A stretch of 64,000 nucleotides of DNA, taken from NCBI GenBank assembly GCA_965655095.1, contig OZ296654.1, forward strand, positions 25,792,001 to 25,856,000, read 5' to 3'. Position numbers and translations under genes: made by a program. This DNA comes from Haplodiscus bocki. Lineage: Eukaryota. The notes beneath the pieces were generated by a model. It did not search any database. It saw nothing but the letters and a program-made list of their open reading frames with translations, and was not told where the DNA came from. This document shows, piece after piece, positions 36,801-48,800 of the stretch (its first letter is position 1; every line of letters begins with the position of its first letter).

Positions 36801-39800
36801 CTTCCTTCGGGAAATCTTCTTGTTGTTATAACCCCGTGTGATCTGATTTGTTCATTGGTTTTGTGAACATAATATTACTCAAAGTATTATCCAATATTTA
36901 ATTGATGTCCGGTAATGAAAGTATTTTTCTGTGAAAGATATTATTTAGCACGATTGTATTATTCTATTACTTTGCGTCATTTAATTAACTTTGAGATAGC
37001 TTCTCATGAGAGAACATTTTTATTTAACAGTCAAGAGCTACGAGACACCCACCCTCTTAAAGAGAAGAATCAAGACAGAACCGCGTTTCTTAGCGCATCT
37101 TACCCCCACCGCCTCCGGATTTTTATACTTGTTTTTTCTTTCGGAGTTATAAATTTTTTGTGGTTGCTCCGCCGATCCCCCGTCTCGTTAATCTGGTACA
37201 CGTGTTTAATGGAGTAGTAGTGGAGCAATTTAAAAAGGGATTAGAAAAACTCCTCGATGATTCGATTCTTCTTTGGCGATTGTTGAAGGTACTTTTCAAA
37301 TTTTTACAGGGCGCTCCTGGGTGGGCTCATCTCTGTTTTGATTTCCTCTTCTATACTTTTAATCAAAATTATTCGTTTCGCCAGTTATTCTCCGTTCTAT
37401 TATTCTCTGGTTCATTTTCCCGATGCAGAGCGACGAAGACAACACCCCACAGCAGCAGCAGGAGGAAGGCGACACCGACCCAGTTGGTAAAAAGAAGTAC
37501 TCCAGTAAGTCCCATTCTTTGTTTCCACTATCAGACTCCGGTAAGAAGACCCAAAGACGTGAAGCTCAGTGCAAGTTGTTTAAACTTCAATGCGAACTGG
37601 AAAAACTCAAATTGGAAGCTGAAGACGACTCAGAAGAATCAGACGTCGCAGAGAATTTTTGTCGAAGTAAATCTAGAACGTTATACCAAGAATGCCCCAT
37701 TAAACCTGAGAAACTTCCGGGAAACTGTTTTAATCATTGGGAACTGTGGGTCAAGCACTATAAATCTGTAGTTAAAGCTACCGGATGGTCTGATGAGCAA
37801 GCGATCGAGGATTTCCTGCTTGCCTAACATCATGGGCTGTTGAAGAATTTGAAACCGTACCCGCCATTTTGTTGAAAAGGTTGTGGGGGAGAAAACGCCA
37901 AAATTTAATGCTTTACTAGCAGTACTTGAACGTGAAATGCAACAATACCGCAGTAAGAGAGCCGCAAGACCTGAGTTCAAAGCAGTAAAACAATTGGAAA
38001 ACGAAAGCTTGAAAGATTATTTCCGAAGAGTCCGTTATTTGGGAGATTCGGCACTTTCCGAAAAATCACTCACAGAAATGATCAGTATTCACGTGATCAG
38101 TTTTTGGATGGACTGTTCGACTTCCGGTTGCAACAGAAACTCTATGAAGACCAAACAGACCGCAATTTTTGCGATTTTGCGAAGTATTATACAGGGCCCA
38201 AGAACTAGAGCTCATCCAGAAAAATTCTGAACAAATACGCGGACCACTGCTGTAGCTTTTCTGGGATGTGAGATTGACCGATCAAGGATAACCAGAAGCC
38301 TCTGGGAGAAAGAGTCATCGCTGTGACCGTGAGAATAAAAATTGTTTATTTAACTCTAAATTATGTTAATCACTCTCCCCTCCTGTATTTATTTGCTACT
38401 TAAGTGAGTGAAGATCATTTTGCCCCGTATTTAACAAGTCCTTTCTCAGGTCTCTCCCTGCTTGGACAAATGTGATGAAAGAATTAGGTTAGAAAAAAAG
38501 GAAATGATGAAAAAGAACCTAGTTGACAGCTTCCCAGTGTTTGTTGAATTCAATCCGACTTACAAATTGTTGTTTGTTAGTTGTCTGCTTGATCGAAAAT
38601 TTTTTTTCACGAAATACGATACATACCATGGCTGGATAGAAAAAACTGAGAGGAACGGAATCAAACTGTTGTTTTGGCATTAAGGAGGGAAAAAAGAGAT
38701 GGAAGAGCGAAAACGCAAAATCCTTTGTTTGTGTCATGTTGAAGTGTTTTTAATTGCAGTAGACCTAATATTTGTGGAATGAAGATATTAAAGATATGTT
38801 TGGTAGAATGCACCCTCAACTAACAGTCATTAACAAACTCACAAAACAGAAAAGACGTGAAAAGTTTAGTAAACAAACTTTTCAGGAGAGTAGTAGTCCA
38901 AGTGGGGGGGAAAGTGAGATTTGTGCCAACGTTTTTTTTTTAAATGTTTTTTAAATTTTAATTGTCAACTAAAATAACTTAAATTGGAAGGTACTCGATA
39001 GGATATAGGAGATACAAAAGCTTATTAGTGAAATGAGAGCCAATGAGAACGCTCTACGCGTGGAAACAGCAACAGCAGCATAAAATTTAAAAGTTGGTTT
39101 AATTCGAAAATCAACTTCAACGTCCATTTTCTCGAAGACTATTATAGATAGAGCAAAACGGTTTTCACCAATGAAAACTACTTTCCAAGGCGGACAAGTT
39201 GGGTGGTTTTCACCGCATTCTGAAAGTTAAAAGTTGTCGATAAACTAAAACGAAAATTATTACGGTCCGGAAAATGGTAAAATCGCGAATTCACAGTTCA
39301 GTTGCAACTTTAGAAGCGCATAAAAGTGAAAGCGGAGTGGAAACAAAGTGTTATGAATACAGAAGGAATACAATAGGAGTGCTTTTGCAGTTAATTTGGA
39401 CCACGCGCACGGCCGCCACTACCCCGCGTACTAGCATATTTACGCTCTCGCTGCTCAAAATTAGATCTTTTTTATAATGTTCCCCAATGTTTGCTTGCTT
39501 ATTTCTCAAAGATGAAAAAAGATATCAACAAACGGTTTTCACCATTGTAAACTACATCCATAGAAATGCTTAAGTTTGGAATATGAGCAAAATCGGACGA
39601 ATTTAAGATAATGAAAAATTGTAGTAAACAGAAAGTGCACTCCAGAAATGGCCAAATTGACTTCAGTTAAAAATTTCTTCTGAGCGAACCACGTATCAGA
39701 AAAGGCTCGTATTAGTCTTAAACAAAAGATAATTAAATGGACCAGTGCCCCTGAAAAGATGAATTGATTATATCCAGCCTTTTTGGAGAACTGAATGAGA

Positions 39801-42800
39801 AATGGCCAAAAAACGCCCAAAATAGCCCAAAATCTTCAAAAATCGCAGTTTTTCGCTTATTAGTTAACGAATAGCCAATAGAAATCAACCATAGCACTAG
39901 CGATTGAAAGCTTTTTATTAAGGGGATTGGAGATTAACATTAGATCAAGCATAGCAAGCTACAAATGGCCGCCCCACAAAATTGCAACTAGCTAAAATCA
40001 CGGATTTTGGAAAATGTCGACTTGCAAAACGGCTACCCCCCCCGCAGGCCAGCAGAGATAGAAAACCCAAAATTTAACACAATGTTTCTAACAACCTTTC
40101 CCAGGAAACTGACCAAGGATTTCTTGAAATTTTGCCTTTACGTTGAGAAAATCGACTTTGATTGTGGACCCAGGTAGTCAAAAATGGCCAAAATCGGTAC
40201 TTTTGCGGAAAAGTAAACACATTTTTTTGAGACCAGCTAGAGGACTCATCTTTTCGTTAAAAAACTCTTACTTAAAGGTACTAATAGGAAAATACCACCC
40301 CCGCCCTGGAAAAAAATCTTACGTAGAGAAAAATGACCTCAAATTGACCAAAAATCGATTTTTCGGACATGGAACTTTGACTACTTTCAGAAAATCGCTT
40401 TTCTCGACCAAGAATATTGAAAATAACTAAAACAAAGTATATATTGCCAGAAACTAAATTGAATGCCGCGTATAATGATGTGCTCTTTCTTTATTTATGA
40501 CGCTTAGGATAGACACAATTAATTATTGAATTTTAGACGAAACTTACGCCTTTTTTCGGACATTTGTTTTTGCATGGATGTTATGACGGGAATGGTTAGG
40601 GAAGATAATTTAACAACTTATTTTGGAAGTAATTGTTCACGCGTGACGATTAGAATAGCTGACACATCAGCCAAAAGAGGTTGTCAATCAAAATGGTGAC
40701 ATAAACGAATAGAAACGAAGAGGTATTTAGTTACTCATTTTTTAACACCCCCGTTTTGCCAGTGGATACGACCAAAATCAAGTAATCATAACTGATGTAA
40801 GCAAAGAAAATAAACACCGATTAGTACCAAAACGGATGATTAGAGTACCGAAGTGAAATAAACGAAATAACCAACGAAAATTGATAAGTCATTTTAGAAG
40901 GGATTGGACACGAATAGCCGGATGACTGACAGGAATGCCGAAAGTAATTGATTGACACCGAAAGCCAGAAAAGTGGCTAGAAACGGAATTTTCCATTAGT
41001 AATAGATGACGAAAAGAACAAAAAGTGATAATATTGGAAACGAGAGAAACGAATGACTAAAATGATTAACTAGATGAAAATACGCTCGAAGACGAACGAA
41101 AAAGTGATGTGCTAGGCGCACAAAGTGAGTGGAAATCTAGAGAACGGTTTGCTTCTTTGCTGTCAACGGATAGAGTCCGAGTCTTTGAGTCCGGGACTAA
41201 AGATTGCAGATTTACTTTATCAACCCTTGTTAGAGAGTCCGGGACTTTTTAACTCTAGATTGTGAGATTGTGATCCGGGATCATAGTCTGTTGTCTTGAC
41301 AGAATTGGGAAGTTGGACTTCGCCAGATTCTTTTGAGATGTTCTTCTTTAACGCCGTGAGACGCGGGTTAGAGAGTAATTTGGGCCCCAGCGATGGCTGA
41401 ACCGTGGATTAGCTAGAAATAGCAGTCCGGGACTGTTTTGCTTCACTCTAAGAACGTTAGAGAAAGGCGGCGAGTTATTGAAATACAACTTCTTAATTTT
41501 CTCTATCATTCGTTGATTGAGTAGCTTTCAATTCATCCTTCGGGAAATCTTCTTGTTGTTATAACCCCGTGTGATCTGATTTGTTTATTGGTTTTGTGAA
41601 CATAATATTACTCAAAGTATTATCCATTATTTAATTGATGTCCGGTAGTGAAAGTATTATTCTGTGAAAGATATTATTTAGCACGATTGTATTAGTCTGG
41701 TACTTTGTGTCATTTAATTAACTTTGAGATAGCTTCTCATGAAAGAACATTTTTATTTAACAGTCAAGAGCTACGAGACACCCTCTTAAAGAGAAGAATC
41801 AAGACAGAACCGCGTTTCTTAGCGCATGTTACCCCCAGCGCCTCCGGATTTTTATACTTGTTTTTTCTTTCGGAGTTATAAATTTTTTGTGGTTGCTCCG
41901 CCGATCCCCCGTCTCGTTGATCTGGTACACGTGTTTAATGGAGTAGTAGTGGAGCAATTTAAAAAGGGATTAGAAAAACTCCTCGATGATTCGGTTACTC
42001 TTTGGCGATTGTTAAAGCTACTTTTCAAAATTCTACACCTTCTGCAAATGCATGTTTGTAAAATAGTGACTTGAAGAAATATATGAAGAAAATTTTCTTC
42101 ATTAATTTCTAAAATAACCATATTGCGAACATGAATTTGCAGAAGGCACTCGAAGTTTTTGATGCCAATTTTTCACGTTCCCAAATAGATTTCTTAGGGA
42201 AAAAGAAAAAAAATAAAAAAATGCTTTTCCCTACGAACAGACGCAAAGAACACAAGGAAAGTGCAAGATTTTGCACAATCAACCTCACCAATGCAAAAAT
42301 GCGATCCCCCGCCACGAATTAGAAGTGTACAGTTTTTGTACTTGTCATAATACCCCCAAGCAGCTTAAGTGAAGGAGGTTCAACATCACCCCTAGAAGGG
42401 GCAGAAAAACAAACCAAGCCGAGAGTGAAATGAATTTTTGATGACCAACAAAGGCCAGTTGATTGTGATACCCCCCTTTCCATTTTTACCTTTCTTGCAT
42501 TTCTTCCTCTACCCCCAAGTCGCAATCAGGGACACAGGTAGAGGGGATTTCATCGATTGATGACAAGCACACTCTAACTAACATCATTCCTTTTCCTCGC
42601 CTGCTAATTAAGACTGTGCACTTGTCAATATTGCCCAAAAATCAATCAAAAATACCCTTTTTGCTACCTGCTATACCTGTTGTGTATATTCCCATACGTT
42701 TACCAATATGCAGAGATGCGTCATTACATTGTATGCATGCATCACAGTACTAAAAAATCAAAGACAGTTTTTATCAAAAAAATACTGGGCTGTTGTTTTT

Positions 42801-45800
42801 CTATTCCAGTAAAAGTATCAAATAAACAAGTTGGGGTCCATTAGTTCATGCAGCAATCGTTGAATTTTTTCATCCTTTGAAAATTTGCATATAATTTATC
42901 ATTTTTATTATTTCACAATTTTAAACTTCATAAATCCATCTAATACAATTCTAGTTATTTTAGATGGATCTATGAAGTCTAAAATTGCGAAATAAAAGTA
43001 GGAAGGTTTTTGTGTCCGAAACAAATTGATTTGATTTCACAAACAGATTAGTTGTGAAGAAACTTTGTTTAGATTTTAGATAACTTGAACCTCACCCTAG
43101 TTGAACTTCCATGAAATATTTCATGTTGCAATCATGCATGCAGGGATTTTTTTATAAAACATAGAAAACTCAGGGATCTTGCATGGAAAATTCTTACAAA
43201 AATTCCAAGCAACCTTTCAGGGGGCACAATTGAAAATACGCGAAATGTAAAAATCATCACGATGACAAAGTTTTGATTGCACGTAATATTTGGTAATGTG
43301 CATGGAAAATTTTACATGCTGCATGGAGGTTTCTGTAAAATTTGAAATATGTGTGCTGCATTCAGATTTTGACTGTTGCATGAAAAATTTTTGTAAAATT
43401 TCCCTGCAGCAGTCAAATTTTCATGCATACAAAATTTCAAAATTTTACATGGATCATGTAAGAACTTGTAAGAAGTGTTAGCCAACTTAAAAAAATGTAA
43501 AACTTTTATATAGTTCGACTAGAGCAATAGATTCAGTTTTTTGTCAAGATGAAGGATTTTTTATAGGACTGAAGAACATGGAACATCTTTTACATGTGTA
43601 CAACAGTATTCATATAACTGAAAAAAAATCTTCAATTTAATTGACTAACAGTCGAACTATATATTAAGGAACGCTATTAAAAAATGCATTTTTGAAGACC
43701 GTTTGCTTTTGCAGTTTATGTATTGTTGACAACTTGTAGATCAACTCGGCCCAATCTGTTACTACCCAAGTTAGACCTACAGATAAAAAAATGCATTCAT
43801 GTATGCAGCCAAATACTTTATAAAACATGGAGAATTCAGACATATAGCATACATGTGTTTTGAATGTTTACACTGCAGCAGCAAAAGTTTGTTCAAGATG
43901 TCAAGGTATAATAGAAAACGTAAATGTTCTCGCACCTCTATTGACTCAAGCACTACCGCTTCAGACATGCTGATATTTGCCATTTACTTGACGCTATGAC
44001 CGTTCAGCTATTATTTGCTAACATGAGACTTGGCGTGGGTTTTCATAAACCTAATCTGTGTTCTTTCTAATGTAATGCGCGGCCAATTTTTAAGTTTGTC
44101 TATCACTTGTAAAATTATTCAAGCTGCATCCGGAAACATGCAAAACTTAATTTTTTTTTTCGTCTGCCAAATTTTGAAAGCAAATAACAAAACCCAGCCT
44201 AATTTTATGAAATTCTTTGAAAAAACTTGAAAGACATCACAGCAGCAGAAACAATTTAGGCATAGAAAATTTTATATGAATCATCCAAAATCATTCAAAA
44301 AGTGTTTGGTAACATATAAAATGTTACAAAATTTTAATATTTTTCAACCAGGGTACGATACTAGGAAATTTATTAGGTAAAAATTGCGTAGAATTTCTAA
44401 ATTTCCTACTACATTATTGATAACTGGACCTCAAAGTAGGAACCCGATCAAATTACCTGAAATTTTTCCTTTTGGCCCTCATACATAGTCAAATTTTGAT
44501 TAAATTCTCATTCCAAATGGATAATGGGGAAAATGTTTCAAGCCGTTTTCACATTTATGAAGAAATGTTGAATAAAAGTGCCTAAAATATTCCATCATAA
44601 AGACATCTATATTGAAAATTCGAAAAAAAATGTGTGTTTGTACAAGAGATGAATTATCAAACCTGCATTCATCTCAGCTCCGTAATTTATCGCTTCAAAC
44701 TATTCTCAGGAACACCATAATCTTTTGAACGCTGATTCAATGAAACCATCTTAAGATGAACCCATCCTTACAATTGTAATGCAGTTGGCAAAATTTCATC
44801 CCTGGTCTTCCACGGGTTCGCTCAATTTTATAAAAAAAAACATTCTTTTTGCTGGACACTTGTTTATACATCTATGTGCGTTGTTAGGCAGCTGCAGTAT
44901 TTTTTTTCCAAAAAAAAACCATCCAAATCCAGTGGGGGCTGATTTTAGAGTCAAAAACTGTTTCTGACAACGATTCTATTTAGAAATTAATATGAGATTA
45001 ATATAAATTCACAATTTTGCTCTATTCTACTGTTAAAAAGTAAGTGTTCATTATAAATTTCTATTCCAGTGAGAATCCTATTTTCAATGAGAATTCCATA
45101 GCCGGTTCAACAGTTAAATACAAGTCAAAGTTTGTCAACGTTTGTAAACATAATACATTTCTTCGGTCAAACTGTGCTACGATTACATAACCGGATAAAC
45201 GGATAAACCGTATGACAATTATCTTCCCAATTTTATTTTCGTTTCCAGGGTAAGCATCCTCTGTTTCTGGGTCTGACGATGGGCACTACAGTGATTGGGG
45301 CTATCGATCAGGTTAAAGAATTGGCCCCCGTTGCTCACAAATACGATATGTGGATACACGTCGATGTTAGTACACATACAAAAAAAATCAGCTGCTTTTT
45401 CAAATTCAAAACAGAAAAATGTTTTCACAATTTGAACATGGATGAAATGTAAATGCAACTTTTCAATTAAAATGAAGCATTGTCATACAAAAATTACGAA
45501 AGCCTGGTTACATGCAATAATTTTCGAATATAACCGATATCGGACCAATATTTGATAATAATTGACAAATTGTTATGTTTAATTCAAACTGATTTCAATT
45601 TTTCTGTGTTTTTTTCAAGACTAAATGTTAATCAATGTTTATCGATATGATCAGCTGTATAATAACCTTTAATAAAATTGAAAACTGTCCTACATTCAGA
45701 TTTTTAAACTGATTTTCAGTAACATTTCGATGTAATTGGGGAACTAATTATGCTTATGAGATGGATCTGATTTTTGCGAGTCGAAATTGTTCAAATATAG

Positions 45801-48800
45801 AAATATTTTGACGTCCACGAAAACCTAATTAGCTTGTCAACCTTGAAGAGACCATTCATTAATATTCCGTCGCTTGAGTGAAAATTTTGTATTGATTTTG
45901 TTTTCATGCCCATTAGTAAGGTTAACATTGTAATGAGTTTTATCTTAGATATAATTTTCACAGTTCTGATACGAATTTTTTCACTGCCTGAAACAATCGA
46001 CTCTTCACTCTTGAAAAAATAATTAGATCATTTAGATTAAACTTCTAATACCAATCAAAACCAGAACTAACAAGCAGAGTAAATCTCAAAGTGTACTCAA
46101 AAATCCCATTGACCATCAACTTTTATGTGAAATTCAGAACTTTTGAACTCTGTTGAATTCGACGTAGCTCAAAAAGGAATTTATCTCATAAAGACCCAAA
46201 CAGGATTTACAGTACTGGAGGGACAGTTTTCTTTCTCAACTCAGCAGGTTAAAAAATTTGTGATATCGAGTTGAAGTCCTAAAGACTCTCAGCATTGAAA
46301 ACCCCTAGTACAAAGATTTGATGTTTTTTTTTGGTTTTCTTCTGATAAAAAGATAAAAATTCCTTTTTGAAGACCATCGATTTCAATGAAGATCAAAATT
46401 TTAAGTTCACATAGCATTTATGGTAGTCCTAATAACTAGGCCATATTTTGATAAAATTTCAAGGCACACAGTAACAACACTGACTTTCTGACCGGAAGCA
46501 ACCCGATACAAGCTTGCACCTTTGTGCTAATGCCCATACTGCTTCTTTACATGAGTTACTACACAAAAATCCACGAGATGAAATTCTGTAGCATTCACAA
46601 CTTGAAGACTTGGCATCCATCTAGCATAGTGTACACGGTCTAAATTTTCTCAGCCATGCTCAGTATTGAAAATTCAAATTTAAAACAAGACCATAACCAA
46701 ATCTTTCCGCTCACCGTCAAACATTTTTTCACTCAAAGCAAGTCCTAAGGCCGAAACTATTTTATCAGGGTTCTTTTACACCATGTAGATACAATAAATC
46801 TGGAAAAGTTCTTGCCGATGTTACTCAAAAATTCATTTGGAAACTGGATGCCTCTTTTTTATAGCTTATCTGTTTCTGTCAACCGATGTCTCTTTGGACA
46901 CCTTTAAAGCATAAGCCACAACACCCAGAGCTTATTCAATGGTTTTTAATGAAAGTTGTGGTTTACCAAAAGACTGATTTTGGAGTGCTGTGCTGATATC
47001 AAATTTTCAAAGTTATAGGAAGGTTTTCGCTCCCAATAGTGTCTTCATTCAATTATTCGTCAAACGTTTCACAATGGCTCCCTCCACCATCGCTTTTTTT
47101 GTTTTTCAGGGCAACTATTTTGTACGAAGTCACTCGATCCTCTTGGAGCACCTTAGCTTCTCCTGAGAGCTGAAAATTTTTCATTCGTCCTCCCTCTAGA
47201 GTTTATTTGCTATCACTGATTGACATGCAGGTACTTTAAAATCATGAAATACTCTTCTTGGAGAGTGACGTAAAAAGAAGAAGAAACACCAAAATTCCTC
47301 AACTATAGTCTCATGATGCTTCATTTAGTTTTTGCTTGGCGTTTTTGAAACTTAATTTCTTGCAAAGTTGGCTTTTCTGATAGAAAAAAAATGAGATGTG
47401 AGATTAAATTCAGGTCTGTCACGCTTTATTTTCAAGTGTTACACTGAAACTTCTTCTGGTTCAATTAATTTGCGGATATTTCTGTCTTGTACTTGACTTA
47501 AACTTCAATTACTGCTGTAACTTGGCAATATCAGGAAAATCGCAAATTGGAGTTTATACATGACTTTCAGCCACACATAAAATTAGGCAACCAATATTTT
47601 TATTGTTCGCATCTTTAGGTTATATGGGTTGCGAAAAACAAGAATTTTTTGATTCCCAATTGAGATATTCCAAAGTAATGCGGAAAAAAGTAGAATTTCA
47701 GTGAATTATGTACATTGGGCTAAAAAATTAGCGCTCTTCAGCGTTGAAGCACAAATGCCTGTGAACTAATTAGCGTAAAGGTCCCATTCATGAATTTTTT
47801 GGGTAAGGCGGGACAAAAAAATTGACGACAAATCGTGATACCATTCCCCTTATAGAAAAAATTTCGATACCAGAAACTTTTAGAAATACCAAAAGGGCCC
47901 CCTAACGATTTTTTTCTGTGAGACGAAAAGTTTTCGACATCTTTTCTGTGATATCCCCCTCTAAGATTTACCGAAGTTTTCGCGCCTAACAGATGGGCAG
48001 CCCCGACTTTGAGTTTTTCTAAGCTTGTTATATAATATACATCACAAATGAGCGTTCAGAGAACTAATTTCCAGTTCATAGCTTATCAGCTCTGAAGTCT
48101 TATGACACTTGAAAACAAGATACTCCAACGTTTTATCCCAAATGTTTTCGAAAAATAAAGCACTGAACCTTTACACTGAAAAATTTGCATTACACTAACC
48201 ACCTCCTGACATCAGTTTTGGCCTTACAAGTGGGGGCTGTTGGGTTCGTTGGCGACCGATCATTGTACGTGATTATCATCAGTATCATATGAGTAATTTC
48301 AGCGAAAATGAAAGATTCATAACATAGTATAATGAGTTTTTTTTCTTTTACGTTAAAATTTTATTAATTTTCTTGATTTTTTTGTTGTTGAGTTAACACG
48401 TTTGGTCTGTAGTTTTCTTTTTTGGCTATTTTGCAACTCTTTTTGAAAAAAAGAATTCATGATTTTTCCATTTCAATTTCTCAATAGTTATTTTTTCAGG
48501 CTGCGTGGGGAGGAGGTATGTTGATGTCAAATAAATGGAAGCACCTCTTGGAAGGAATAAACTTGTTAGTTATAAACTTTTAACTTTTCTAACTCAGTGT
48601 TTATTTGATTCATTTCCATAGTTTACAGACCAAGTTCAGAAAATTAGTTTTTTTAGGGGATCATTTTTCTTTCAACTGTTGTGACACGTTCAATTTCTGA
48701 TTATGTTCTTCACATTTCTATTAATTTATTTTGTCGTATTTTTTAATTTGGTACTGTTGTAAATCGAGTTTCATAATTTATATAGCCAGATAAATTCAAA

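Larger units (their letters stand above)
34486..42037 (+). mobile_element. Complete non-autonomous LTR retrotransposon (Ty3/Gypsy-like) in the GAD intron between exons G and H
   Basis: Begins TGTGAG and ends ...CTACA; 5-bp TSD CCTTC at 34481..34485 and 42038..42042; two long direct repeats; PBS, polypurine tract (PPT) and gag remnant between them. Confidence 0.95.

Noticed and set aside
37160-37771. 203-aa ORF, the longest in the track
   Set aside because: It crosses the LTR end and PBS in a frame other than gag; no recognisable motif.
34486-42037. Segmental duplication or haplotype mis-assembly as the explanation of the ~3 kb direct repeat
   Set aside because: TG..CA ends, a 5-bp TSD, PBS, PPT and gag define an LTR element.
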